Of a stretch of 64,000 bases of DNA, positions 1 to 13,199 are shown piece by piece (position 1 is the first letter of the stretch; every line of letters starts with the position of its first letter). Source of the stretch: Eledone cirrhosa (taxonomy: Eukaryota); contig OZ024740.1 in assembly GCA_964016885.1 (NCBI GenBank), positions 11,408,001 to 11,472,000 on the forward strand. The letters are read 5' to 3'. A program made the translations under genes and the position numbers. The notes beneath the pieces are model-generated. The model saw only the letters and a list, made by a program, of their open reading frames with translations, searched no databases and was not told the origin of the DNA.

Positions 1-73
1 ATATATACATATATATATATGCACATACATATATATATATATATACACATACATATGTATATACAGACATATA

Positions 74-360
74 TCTCTATATATAAAACTAATGTTGTCT
101 GTGTGTGTGTGTCATCATTTTTGCAAAGTCTATACAAATCCACATTTCTACTCCAATTGACTTCAAACTTGCATTTATATATTCCTTGCGGTCTAAAGAT
201 ACTAATTGCCACTTTTATTTTTCAATTTTCTGTTGTTAAAGGGGTGTTAGGCGTCGGTTATCGATCGCCGTCGAGCCCTTATAATATCTGTCTGTATGTC
301 TGGCTGTCTGACTAACGACATTCTGACGAACACGTCATTGCTGACGTATTATCTTCGCTA
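74..360 (+). mobile_element. Putative 5' portion of a non-autonomous Helitron-like element
   Basis: Starts A^TCTCTATATATAAAACTAATGTTGTCTGTGTG, resembling Helitron 5' TC ends; possible partner 3' end at 3982-4011. Confidence 0.4.
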
Positions 361-363
361 CAT

Positions 364-440
<77 letters not shown>

Positions 441-458
441 CTTATATATACATATATA

Positions 459-730
459 TCATCATCATCATCATCATCATCGTTTAACGTCCATCTTCCA
501 CGCTTGCATGGATTTGGACGGGAAATTTTCCCACTTGAGGCAAGATTGGTTGTCTTGCTCGTGTAGGACTGTCTGGCGGGTTTTCTACGGCTGGATGCCC
601 TTCCTAACACCAACCACATTTACAGTGTGGGGCTGGGAACTTTTTACCGTGTTACCTACACGGCCACATTACAGCATGGACTGTGTGTTTTTTTGTCGTG
701 ACACCTACACGACCTCATTTGTTTCGGACT
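459..730 (-). mobile_element. 3' UTR/tail fragment of the RTE/RTEX-like LINE, (ATG)n tail
   Basis: Reverse complement matches the 3' UTR at about 47050-47437 (GGTGTTAGGAAGGGCATCCAGC motif, (GAT)n tail). Confidence 0.85.
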
Positions 731-854
731 ATATATACATATACACACACATATATACACATATACATATATACATATGCAAACATATACACATATATAG
801 ATATACACATATACACATATATAAATATACACATAAAAATATATGTATATATAT

Positions 855-914
<60 letters not shown>

Positions 915-922
<8 letters not shown>

Positions 923-1550
923 TGCCCCCTCGTCATCGAGTATGGCTCTTGCACGAGAAAAAAAAAATATATATATATATATTAATAACAATAATAATGA
1001 TTTCATTTATTAGCCACAAGGGCCGACATAATAATAATAACAACAATAATAATAACGATAACAACAACAACAATAATAATATACATATATATATATATAC
1101 ACACACACGCACACACATAAACATATCTATACACACACACACACGATAGCAACTAACAGCGCTGCGATCGAATGTGGCTTTTTAGCCCAGCCAATGATCT
1201 AAAATGTCTTGCACTGAGTCGGGAACCAAAACATTCACTGGGAATAGTCGACTGTGGTTGGAGTTCGTGTACTTTTGCATGTCGCTTGAGCCCTCCTGCT
1301 GATTTACATTCTCTACCACATGTTTGGCAAGCATGATGAATAGCATCTCCAACTGCAGCCTGGTAGTCAACCACTGGTCCTACTTTATGACTGCGAAGAT
1401 GACTTTCGAGTCCAGCTTTGCTTAGGCAGAGTCTCGCACAGACGCTGCATGTCAGCACCATAGGAGGACCCTCACCGTCTGGAAGCAACAGCAATGCCCT
1501 TCCTCACATCCCGCTTTACTTTCTCGTATGCGATTCGAGATGCCTCAAAA
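915..1550 (-). mobile_element. 5'-truncated copy of the zinc-finger RTE LINE (C2H2 region plus 3' UTR)
   Basis: ORF 1153-1494 is nearly identical to the C-terminus of ORF 56990-60535; same terminal TGGCCATACTCGA..GGGGGCAGCCATCAT-type sequence as 60747-60780. Confidence 0.92.
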
Positions 1551-1654
1551 GCATATATATATACATACATACATATATATATATACATACATACATACAC
1601 ACACATATATATATATGATATGCATACATACACACACACACACACATATATATC

Positions 1655-1776
<122 letters not shown>

Positions 1777-1840
1777 CATATATTTTTATGTGTATATTTA
1801 TATATGTGTATATGTGTATATCTATATATGTGTATATGTT

Positions 1841-1876
<36 letters not shown>

Positions 1877-1879
<3 letters not shown>

Positions 1880-2082
1880 CGAAGGAAATGTGGTAAGGAA
1901 CCAGGTGGACCATAACGCACCAAAGTACTCAATACTTGAGGTAGTAGAGTGGGTAATAGGAACCAGTAAGACCCCGACAGCTGAGCTCAAGCCGTTTCGA
2001 CGGCTAATTCTGGACTAAATTAGTCCAGAATTAGCCGTCGAAACGGCTTGAGCTCAGCTGTCGGGGTCTTACTGGTTCCTAT
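1877..2082. mobile_element. Hairpin mini-insertion of a PLE 3' end (perfect palindrome 1956-2082, 63-bp arms)
   Basis: Arms are reverse-complementary around position 2019; flanked by (TA)n; related to 43199-43393 and to PLE 3' region 6157-6206. Confidence 0.75.
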
Positions 2083-2094
2083 ATATATATATAT

Positions 2095-2329
2095 ATGAAG
2101 TTAACTGGACATGCTCACCGACATCCAGAGTTGACATTGCACCCAGTGCTCCTGTGGGAGCCCCTACATGGACACACTGGAAGAGGAAGACCAAGGTTAA
2201 CGTATGTTGATGCCCTAAGGACAGACACTGGTCTGTTGGAGACGCAGTACATGGCAGCGATAATGAGGGACAGAGACCGCTGGAGAGAACTCGTCCAAGG
2301 ATCTCGGGAATTTTACCCGCCCTAGAATA

Positions 2330-2332
<3 letters not shown>
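2095..2332 (+). mobile_element. 3' end fragment of a third RTE-clade LINE
   Basis: GHAHRHPE..VLLWEP..GRGRPRLTYVD..RDRWR is a typical RTE ORF C-terminus. Confidence 0.75.
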
Positions 2333-2369
<37 letters not shown>

Positions 2370-2538
2370 CAATATGTTGAAAAGGTAACACACTAGAGAG
2401 AGGGGTATACAGTGCGCTATCAATAAAACAGGGAAAAACCACCAGTGTATGGAATCTATAACCTATGAAAGGCAGAGTAGATACACGATAATTAAAAATA
2501 TTAATTAAAGTGTAAATACATACCTCTATAACTATATA

Positions 2539-2621
2539 ACACACGTACAAATCCAAAGAGATCTGTTTCGCCAGTAAGTTGTTGACAGAAATGAAATAAC
2601 CCATGGTTCATCAGCGTGTGT
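2539..2621 (-). ncRNA. Type I hammerhead ribozyme within a PLE-like terminal fragment (about 2365-2680)
   Basis: Minus strand: ACACACG-CUGAUGA-stem II-GAAAC-AGAUCUCUUUGGAUUU-GUA^-CGUGUGU; 7-bp stem I, 8-bp stem III. Confidence 0.85.
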
Positions 2622-2965
2622 AAGGCTATACATTTCAGACAACACTAAGAGAATTTAAAGCGACCATCCAGCTACACGTGTATATATATATATATAGATA
2701 CAGTGTAGGTTGCTTTAACCCGTCTTTTATTATTCAAAAAACTTCTTGCCAATAAACATTAACCCTTTGTGCGCCATTCATCTAAGTGTAGACCAACAAA
2801 TACCAAAAAACGGAGCGTTGACAAGAACGATGGCGAATGAATGTCCGACATAAGCAGTTTCCTCCCGAGCTGTTAGTTCACACGGGATTCTCTGCTACAC
2901 ATTTTCGTAATAATACCGAACAACGTACTGCTGGTCACTCCTTTCTCCAAAAGCCGTACAAAGCA

Positions 2966-3049
<84 letters not shown>

Positions 3050-3056
3050 TATATAT

Positions 3057-3560
3057 AGTAATAATAATAAATTTGAAGATGAAAATCCAAAGAGGGCTCG
3101 ATAAGGATAAATATATATAAAATCTATAAGAACCGTAGAGCAAATATTTATTAAAATAACAGATTAAAGTTTAAGCAAAGAATCGCTGCTTTCAACATTA
3201 ACGGGATCTTCTGAAACTAAAAAATTTAATCTGTGAACGCAGAAGTAAATATTTCGAGAAACCTTGCAACCGAAGGAAAACAGGAAGATCATATTTTGGT
3301 TCGTGAAGACGTTCTCTGACAATAAACGGGGAAAAGGCGAGGATAATAAGTCGTTATGTGGACTGAGAAGAACAATTTCATGCAAAGACAAGACCAAGTT
3401 TATGGTATAAATGGAGTCATTAGACTAATATTCTATTTAAAATAACCGAATGATTTCCAGCACCGGAGTTTAAAAATGATGTAAATAAAATTGAAAGCGA
3501 AAATGACAGAGGTTATTAAAATAGTAAAAGTAAATAGTGAAGATTTAGGCCAGTACATAC
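3057..3560 (-). mobile_element. 3' non-coding fragment of Naiad-type PLE family C
   Basis: Same outer end (TAGTAATAATAATAAATTTGAAGA) and body as 14437-14800. Confidence 0.8.
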
Positions 3561-3981
3561 GTATGCGCCGACGGACATACACATACATATACATACGCAC
3601 ACACAAATACATATACACACACAAACGCACGCACGTGCGTGTGTGTAAGCCTTATGCATTTCTACAGTATTTTCACCAAACTTAAGACATAGGTTACTTA
3701 TGTACTCCAGATGGTCATGGGCACTTTCATTTTTACAGATATTGATTATAGGGCCCCCGGCAGATAACCCCCTTCAACCGCTTCCTTGGAGTCGACTGAA
3801 GCACTGCAGTGAAATGCAACAAAACGTCATAACTTCTGGAGTTCGCAACCGAATTTCACAAAACTTGACACATGGGCTACATTTGTTCTTTTTGAGAAAA
3901 AAGCCGATGATTTTGTAAAAGTATAGTTTTCGAAGCAGCACTGAAGTATTGACATAAATGGTATACATAACTGCTATTTAA

Positions 3982-4011
3982 TACCCGAGCAACGCCGGGT
4001 ACCTCTGCTAG
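3982..4011 (+). mobile_element. Helitron-type 3' terminus (GC hairpin plus CTAG^T)
   Basis: TACCCG-AGCAACGC-CGGGTA hairpin followed 6 nt later by CTAG, then T. Confidence 0.7.
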
Positions 4012-4188
4012 TATATATATATAGACATACAGATATATATATACATACACATATATATGCACACATACATATAATGATATATATACAAATACATATATAC
4101 ATACATATATATATATATAGATATGTATACATATATATACATATATATATATATATATAAATACATACATATATATATATATACATAC

Positions 4189-4221
<33 letters not shown>

Positions 4222-4359
4222 CATACATACATATACATACATATATATACATACATATATGTACATATATATACATACATATACGTACATAATATATACA
4301 TACATATATATATACATACAAATATATATATATACATATATATATATATACACATATAT

Positions 4360-4432
<73 letters not shown>
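4012..4432. repeat. Representative compound (TA)n/(TACA)n microsatellite; many similar tracts occur across the window
   Basis: Read directly from the sequence; source of the poly-YI ORFs. Confidence 0.98.
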
Positions 4433-4435
<3 letters not shown>

Positions 4436-4439
4436 CTTA

Positions 4440-5937
4440 AGAAAAATAATTCTCCAAATTAGAACTAACACTGACCTATCACAGTGGCTAAATACTTCCT
4501 CTGTTATTTCTTGGTTTAATAATATACAAGGTAAAAATAAGTGTAGATTTACCCAATTTGATATTGTTGATTTTTACCCCTCTATTACTGTTTCCTTATT
4601 AACTAATGCCTTAGAGTTTGCAAGACCCTTCATTAATATTTCTAAATTAGAAGACATTATCTTTCATGCTAGAAAAACTTTACTCTTTACTAATGAAAAT
4701 ATTTGGGTTAAAAAGTCAAACCCTGAAAACTCTTTTGATGTTGCAATGGGTTCATATGACAGTGCGGATGTGTGTGACTTAGTAGGATTATTCCTTCTCC
4801 ACACCCTCAAAGAGAAATTTCCTTCCCATAATATCGGTTTATACCGTGATGACGGATTAGCAGTTTCTCATACCACCAACGGCCATAACCTTGATAAATT
4901 CCGTAAAGATTTAATCAATACCTTTGCTAATCTTAACCTTAAAATCACTATAGATACGAACCTTACCAATGCTAACTTTCTTGATATTAATCTTGATCTA
5001 CTTACCGCCTCTTTTAAACCTTATCATAAACCTAATTAAAATCTTAGGTATATACACAAAGAGTCTTGCCACCCCCTATAGTTTTTAATAATCTTATTCC
5101 CAACATTAGCCGTAGGATTTCTACCTTATCTTCGTCTATAGACATTTTTAATAAAGCCGCCCCTTATTATAATAAAGCCCTTAAGAACAGCGGTTTTACT
5201 GAACAAATTTATTATTTACCCCCCCCCCCCCTAAAACTAACCACAATAACAGGAAAAGGAAAATTATTTGGTTTACACCCCCCTTCTCTCTAACTGTCAA
5301 AACTAATGTAGGAAGGAAATTCCTTGAACTCTTAGATAAACATTTTCCTCCTAATCATAGATATTATAAGATATTTAATAGGAATGTAGTTAAGATCAGT
5401 TACTCTTGTTGCCCATCTATGAAGTCCAAGATCACTAATTCAAATCATACGAGAACAAATCCAGGATGCAGTTGCAGGAAGCCGGATGAATGCCCATTGC
5501 AGGGCAAATGTAACACCAAATCTGTTGTTTATGAGGCTAAAATAACACCTTTAATCAACAACCAGCCAGCCAGGAGTGAGCGATATGTCGGCATGACCCA
5601 GGACAGGTTTAAAACCAGGTTTTACTCACATGTCGCTTCTTTTAAGCACTCCGATAAACGAACAACAACGGCCCTCAGAGGTAAGGTGTGGGAATTCAAG
5701 GATAAAAACATCCAGTACTCTATCGATTGGTCTATTTTAGACCATTCGAGGGAGTACCAAAGGGGCACAAAGAATTGTTCTTTGTGTACTACAGAAAAAT
5801 ATAGAATTTTGCTAAACTTGAAAGCCACTTCTGCTTGCCTGAACTCAAAGACCGAGATCTTCAGATGTTGTCCTCATCTGAAATCACATCTTATCTGTAA
5901 CTGGATTGACATTCCTATGATAACTCAACCGCCTTGA
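4440..5937 (+). pseudogene. Naiad-type Penelope-like element A, RT plus GIY-YIG endonuclease, 5'-truncated and disrupted
   Basis: [68 protein letters not shown]; several frameshifts and stops. Confidence 0.9.
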
Positions 5938-6205
5938 ACTCCTTCCCTGTTCTTTACTTCTACTACGGTTTTTTTACCTGCTGAATCCACGTTCTGTATT
6001 CTTGTATTCTCTTTCTCCCTTATCTCCCCTTATATTTAAACCTTTTCCTATGTCATTTTCCCCCCTATTTTTTGGCCTTACTCTTCACATACCAACAATT
6101 TTTTATTTTTAGATATTAATTTTTTTTATATAATGGTCTTGTGTGTTTTTATATAATAGCCTCAGAAAAGGCTTGAGCTCTGCCGTAGGGTCAGGCTTCT
6201 TCCTA

Positions 6206-6287
<82 letters not shown>

Positions 6288-6575
6288 CGTTTTTGTATGT
6301 GTGTTTGTATTTCTGTGGTTGGGTTTTTTTTGTGTGTGTGTATGTATATAATTTTATGTGTGTGTGTGTGTATATGTATAATTGTATTAGGGTGTATGTA
6401 TGTGCATCATTATATATAGTGATTTTCATTGAGCTTTTGCTCCATGAACTTGTTGAGTGCTCTAGGTCTGCTATGGGCATTTATACCCTTTTCTAAATAT
6501 ATATATATATATTTTTGTTTATTACTTGGCAAATTTTTATATATAAAATATTTATTTTATATTATTTTTGTTCTT

Positions 6576-6636
<61 letters not shown>

Positions 6637-6662
6637 AATGTATAAAAATCAATACAATATAA

Positions 6663-6738
6663 TTACCTCATTACCAGAGGTTTCCCGAATGAGGCGAATA
6701 CGAAATAAACGACTTCATTCGTTCGTCAGACGAGGCAA
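6663..6738 (-). ncRNA. Type I hammerhead ribozyme (PLE B, left arm)
   Basis: Reverse complement of 11613-11688. Confidence 0.88.
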
Positions 6739-7520
6739 TATAAAACATGGGCAAACACTTAGAAAAACACATCAAGAAAATCAAAAAAAGATATAGATAA
6801 ATGAAATAGAAATTGAAATATATAAAAATCTATCAAGAAATATAGTTAGGTGTGTGTATATGTATGTATATACGCTCACAGATGTGTATATATGTATATG
6901 CGCACATGTATATGTATAGTGAGAAAGTGTGCGTAATTCTAAAATTTAGGGCAAATGTATCTATATGTCTGTATTATACAGACAGAAATGGTTACATCGT
7001 AAATATATGAATATGAAGGCGCGCGCATAAAACGCCTGGACACTCGTACACTTAGATGCGGAAAGAAAGGAGGTAAGGGAGTGTAATAATTAAAAGAAAA
7101 GTATCAGTCTCGATATATTTATAAAAATATAATAACGATAAATTAGAAAGAAAAGATATTAGAAAGAAAAAATTAAAGAAAACAAAAAAAGGGGGGTACA
7201 TACATACACAGACACGCGTGTCTCACAAAAGAAATGTAAAAATAATTATGCTTATATACACACGCGCACTTACACTTCCATACGTTCGATACGTATATAC
7301 ACACACACACACACACACATACTTATACTCACGCATATAAACCTGTTTGCATGCCCACGTATGAAACTGAGTAAGTAAAAAAAGGGAAGGGGGGGGGGAG
7401 AAGAAAAAAGGAACAAAACATAAAACCGAGATGTCAAAAACACGGATATAAAGACACGTACACATACGCATAATATATACATACACACACACACAAACAC
7501 CTGTACACACACACATACAT

Positions 7521-7575
<55 letters not shown>

Positions 7576-7965
7576 CATATACATACACGCACGCGCGCGC
7601 ACACACGTAGTCACTCATGTACATATATAAAAAGTATACACACATTAAGGCGTTCAGCCATATTGAATTGTGGATAAATAAGTACAAATATAAAATTGTA
7701 AGATAGGCTGCGCAAAAATAAAATAAAAATAAAAATGAAAAATATATCTGGATTGAAAAACACAAAAGACAAGTGTAATCAGTTAGTGGAGGAAAAAGGG
7801 AAGTAAAAGAAGGGGAAGTAAAAAATAGAAAATAGGAAGTGGATCGGAGAATAAAGGGGGGGGGGTGAAGTAAAAATAAATAAAAGTGAAAATAAATGAA
7901 ATTATTGACAAGGATAAAAATGAAAGTAAGTCAGAAAGGGTAATTAAAAAGAGAATAATAAGAGT

Positions 7966-9475
7966 TTATGGAGGATAAGTATCTGAAAGTGTGTTAAGTT
8001 TATATGAGCTGGAAAGCAGGTGTGATTTCATGTGTGGGCAACTGGTGAAAATTTCCGTCTTTGTGTTCAGGCAGGTCTTTGGTGATTTAAGATTTTGCAA
8101 TATCCAAAATTTTTCATTTATGCAGAGCGTGCATTTTCTTGTTCCTCTAGCATATTTTTTAGATTGGTTCAAAATTGACCAATCTAGTTTATATTGGATG
8201 CGTTGGTCTTTCAAATCCCAAATTCTGCTAGCCAGAGCTGTTGTAAATCTTTTTTCTGGATGTCGAAAGGATGCGACATGTGAGTAATAACGCGTTTTGA
8301 ATCTGTCTTGCGTCATACCCACATATCGTTCACTGGTGGCTGGATGGTTGTTGCTGATGGTTGTCACTTTAGCCGCATATACAATGGCTTTGGTGTTGCA
8401 TTTACCTTGTAATGGGCATTCACTTTTGATTCTACAGGAGCAAGTTTGATTTTCTCTAGGTGATATTTTGTTGGGGATATAGGACTTAATAGGGGGACCG
8501 CAGGAATAGCTAATTTTAACAGTTTCTGTTAAAGATCTTATAGTATCTATGTGTTCTAGGGAAATGTTTATCTAGGAGTTCTAGGAATGTTTTGCCTACA
8601 CTAGTTTTAACTGCTAGAGAGTAGGGGGGTGTGAACCAGATTATTTTTCTTTTCCTATTTTTATGTTTAATAGAGTTAGTGTAGTTAGGTATGTATTTAA
8701 TTGGTTCGCTGAAGCCGTTATTTTGGAGGGCTTTATTATAGTAGGGGGATGCCTTATTAAAAATAGCTTCTGAGGAAGAGAGGGTGGAGATCCTACGGCT
8801 AATATTAGGGATAAGGTTTTTAAAAACTATAGGTGGATGGCAAGATCCTTTATTTATATATTTTAAGTTTTCATTAGGTTTATGGTATGGTTTATAAGAA
8901 GCAGTAGGCAAATCTAGGTTTATATCTAGGAAATCTACGTTGGAAAGGTTAGTGTCAATAGTAATTTTAAGATTAAAACTAGCGAAGGTTTTTATTAAGT
9001 CTTTCCTTAATCTATCTAAGTTATGGCCTATGGTGGTATGGGAAAGTATTAGACCATCATCGTGATAAAGCCCAAAAATATGGTTAGGAAATTTTTTTTT
9101 AAGTGTATGTAAGAGGAATAGGCCGACCAGATCACAAACCTCGGCACTGTCATAAGAGCCCATTGAGACATCGAATGGGTTCTCTGGGTTAGATATTTTT
9201 ACCCAAGTGTCATTATCATTAAAAAGTAGAGTGTTCCTAGCATGCAAGATGACATCCTCTTCAATATCGGAGATATTAGTGAACCCTCTAGCGAAATTTA
9301 AAGCTTTCACTAAAAGGGTCTGAGTAATAGATGGGTAGAAATCTACGATGTCAAATTGGGTGAATCTAGAACTGATTTTGTTTTTAATATTATTAAACCA
9401 ATGTACTACGGAAGAGCTATTTATCCATTGGAGTAATTTAGACTTACTTCTAATGTGTGTATTTAATTTATTTAA
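7966..9475 (-). pseudogene. PLE B RT plus GIY-YIG coding region, frameshifted near 8520
   Basis: [57 protein letters not shown]. Confidence 0.9.
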
Positions 9476-10393
9476 TTTATTTAAAAACCTATATGAAGTT
9501 AATAATAATTTACACGACCAACTATTAATAGATAATATCACCTCTAAATACCAAATAGCTAATATAAATACGTACCATAATATAAATAAGGAAGCTAAAG
9601 AATTAGCTGTTTCCTTAAAAATAGATAATAGGACAGAAAAACTTGCTAAACGTCCTGCGTATATCACCCTTAAAGATCATAAACCCGACTTTATTAATCG
9701 CCCTAGTTGTAGATTAATCAACCCTGCTAAGACTGATATTGGTCTTGCCAGCAAAAAAATTTTAAATAAATTAAATACACACATTAGAAGTAAATCTAAA
9801 TTACTCAAATGGATAAATAGCTCTTCCGTAGAAACTGTGTTAAAATTAGCTATTCCTGCGGTCCCCCTATTAAGTCCTATATCCTCAACAAAATATCACC
9901 TAGAGAAAATCAAACTTGCTCCTGTAGAATCAAAAGTGAATGCCCATTACAAGGTAAATGCAACACCAAAGCCATTGTATATGCGGCTAAAGTGACAACC
10001 ATCAGCAACAACCATCCAGCCACCAGTGAACGATATGTGGGTATGACGCAAGACAGATTCAAAACGCGTTATTACTCACATGTCGCATCCTTTCGACATC
10101 CAGAAAAAAGATTTACAACAGCTCTGGCTAGCAGAATTTGGGATTTGAAAGACCAACGCATCCAATATAAACTAGATTGGTCAATTTTGAACCAATCTAA
10201 AAAATATGCTAGAGGAACAAGAAAATGCACGCTCTGCATAAATGAAAAATTTTGGATATTGCAAAATCTTAAATCACCAAAGACCTGCCTGAACACAAAG
10301 ACGGAAATTTTCACCAGTTGCCCACACATGAAATCACACCTGCTTTCCAGCTCATATAAACTTAACACACTTTCAGATACTTATCCTCCATAA
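9476..10393 (+). pseudogene. PLE B N-terminal RT segment fused by internal deletion to the GIY-YIG domain
   Basis: ITLKDHKPDF..CRLINPAK..WINSSSV jumps at about 9830 to the endonuclease region that mirrors 7966-8525. Confidence 0.88.
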
Positions 10394-11010
10394 ACTCTTA
10401 TTATTCTCTTTTTAATTACCCTTTCTGACTTACTTTCATTTTTATCCTTGTCAATAATTTCATTTATTTTCACTTTTATTTATTTTTACTTCACATCCCC
10501 CCCCCCCCTTTATTCTCCGATCCACTTCCTATTTTCTATTTTTTACTTCCCCTTCTTTTACTTCCCTTTTTCCTCCACTAACTGATTACACTTGTCTTTT
10601 GTGTTTTTCAATCCAGATATATTTTTCATTTTTATTTTTATTTTATTTTTGCGCAGCCTATCTTACAATTTTATATTTGTACTTATTTATCCACAATTCA
10701 ATATGGCTGAACGCCTTAATGTGTGTATACTTTTTATATATGTACATGAGTGACTACGTGTGTGCGCGCGCGTGCGTGTATGTATATGTATGTATATATA
10801 TATATATATATGTATGTATGTGTGTGTGTACAGGTGTTTGTGTGTGTGTGTATGTATATATTATGCGTATGTGTACGTGTCTTTATATCCGTGTTTTTGA
10901 CATCTCGGTTTTATGTTTTGTTCCTTTTTTCTTCTCCCCCCCCCTTCCCTTTTTTTACTTACTCAGTTTCATACGTGGGCATGCAAACAGGTTTATATGC
11001 GTGAGTATAA

Positions 11011-11054
<44 letters not shown>

Positions 11055-11612
11055 ATACGTATCGAACGTATGGAAGTGTAAGTGCGCGTGTGTATATAAA
11101 CATAATTATTTTTACATTTCTTTTGTGAGACACGTGTGTCTGTGTATGTATGTACCCCCCTTTTTTGGTTTTCTTTAATTTTTCCTTTCTAATATCTTTT
11201 CTTTCTAATTTATCGTTATTATATTTTTATAAATATATCGAGACTGATACTTTTCTTTTAATTATTACACTCCCTTACCTCCTTTCTTTCCGCACCTAAG
11301 CGTACGAGTGTCCAGGCGTTTTATGCGCGCGCCTTCATGTTCGTATATTTACGATGTAACCATTTCTGTTTGTATAATACAGACATATAGATACATTTGC
11401 CCTAAATTTTAGAATTACGCACACTTTCTCACTATACATATACATGTGCGCATATACATATATGCACATCTGTGAGCGTATATACATACATATACACACA
11501 CCTAACTATATTTCTTGATAGATTTTTATATATTTCAATTTCTATTTCATTTATCTATATCTTTTTTTGATTTTCTTGATGTGTTTTTCTAAGTGTTTGC
11601 CCATGTTTTATA

Positions 11613-11688
11613 TTGCCTCGTCTGACGAACGAATGAAGTCGTTTATTTCGTATTCGCCTCATTCGGGAAACCTCTGGTAATGAGGTAA
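11613..11688 (+). ncRNA. Type I hammerhead ribozyme (PLE B, right arm); predicted cleavage after 11679
   Basis: UUGCCUCGU-CUGACGA-a CGAAUGA..UCAUUCG g-GAAAC-CUCUG-GUA^-AUGAGGUAA. Confidence 0.88.
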
Positions 11689-11789
11689 TTATATTGTATT
11701 GATTTTTATACATTAAATGTTGCTCCGATACTTACATAGAGCACTCTTCATTTCTATGACCTTTTCTGTTTCCAACGGAAATTTCAATA

Positions 11790-11858
<69 letters not shown>

Positions 11859-11927
11859 TATGAAGAGAGAAGAAACATTTAGATATAATTAGTAATAAAA
11901 TGTATCATACCTAAACTGTTCCTAAAT

Positions 11928-12015
11928 TCCTCGACTACGTAGTTTCGTGGCATAAACAAAAACAATATATCAAAGATATAGAGTCCTTGCGAGGTCTGTC
12001 GACTTATCAAGAGGA
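11928..12015 (-). ncRNA. Type I hammerhead, U3-A8 core variant (591-nt array, copy 1)
   Basis: Reverse complement of 13112-13199 with one substitution at 11999. Confidence 0.8.
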
Positions 12016-12518
12016 TACCTCATTTTACTAGTCTCAAGAACGCGTCTACACGACGTGAGAAAGAATCCCAAAAGGCGGAGGGGGAGATAGTCACGCGATA
12101 TAACGGTCGAGAAACAGAGCTAAGCCTCTTATAACCACGAAAAAAATACCACGGAGGCGGAGGGGGTATTCACATCGAGGCCGTAGAAGAGGTAGTGAAG
12201 AAGGCGAGAAGTATGAGTAATGGAAGCTTTCCAGTTGTCCCCACACTTCAAAGATTGCTCGACCAGAGGGAGTTATTAATACATTTAAAAACACACAGAT
12301 ACATGCGGACACACACATATATACATGAATGCATCCGCACCCAACTGTGAGTTAAGGGTGCCAACTTCACCGATGTTGCTCAATGAATGACTGGGACAGA
12401 CCAATTCAGTTTGAACCAGACTGAACCAGTATCAGAGTTAAAAATACATTATGAAGAGAGAAGAAACATTTAGATATAATTAGTAATAAAATGTATCATA
12501 CCTAAACTGTTCCTAAAT

Positions 12519-12606
12519 TCCTCGACTACGTAGTTTCGTGGCATAAACAAAAACAATATATCAAAGATATAGAGTCCTTGCGAGGTCTGCCGACTTATCA
12601 AGAGGA
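12519..12606 (-). ncRNA. Type I hammerhead, U3-A8 core variant (591-nt array, copy 2)
   Basis: Reverse complement of 13112-13199. Confidence 0.8.
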
Positions 12607-13111
12607 TACCTCATTTTACTAGTCTCAAGAACGCGTCTACACGACGTGAGAAAGAATCCCAAAAGGCGGAGGGGGAGATAGTCACGCGATATAACGGTCG
12701 AGAAACAGAGCTAAGCCTCTTATAACCACGAAAAAAATACCACGGAGGCGGAGGGGGTATTCACATCGAGGCCGTAGAAGAGGTAGTGAAGAAGGCGAGA
12801 AGTATGAGTAATGGAAGCTTTCCAGTTGTCCCCACACTTCAAAGATTGCTCGACCAGAGGGAGTTATTAATACATTTAAAAACACACAGATACATGCGGA
12901 CACACACATATATACATGAATGCATCCGCACCCAACTGTGAGTTAAGGGTGCCAACTTCACCGATGTTGCTCAATGAATGACTGGGACAGACCAATTCAG
13001 TTTGAACCAGACTGAACCAGTATCAGAGTTAAAAATACATTATGAAGAGAGAAGAAACATTTAGATATAATTAGTAATAAAATGTATCATACCTACTAGT
13101 AAAATGAGGTA

Positions 13112-13199
13112 TCCTCTTGATAAGTCGGCAGACCTCGCAAGGACTCTATATCTTTGATATATTGTTTTTGTTTATGCCACGAAACTACGTAGTCGAGGA
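13112..13199 (+). ncRNA. Type I hammerhead, U3-A8 core variant (591-nt array, copy 3); predicted cleavage after 13194
   Basis: UCCUC-UUGAUAA-GUcGGCA..UGCCAC-GAAAC-UACGUA-GUC^-GAGGA; stem III ACUACGUAGU is a perfect palindrome. Confidence 0.8.

Larger units (their letters stand above)
6633..11793. mobile_element. Naiad-type PLE B as a head-to-head inverted pair (left arm minus 6633-9475, right arm plus 9476-11793)
   Basis: 6633-8525 is the reverse complement of about 9830-11718; both outer ends abut (TA)n. Confidence 0.93.

Noticed and set aside
1153-1494. Stand-alone host C2H2 zinc-finger gene
   Set aside because: It is the 3' end of the RTE LINE found at 56990-60535
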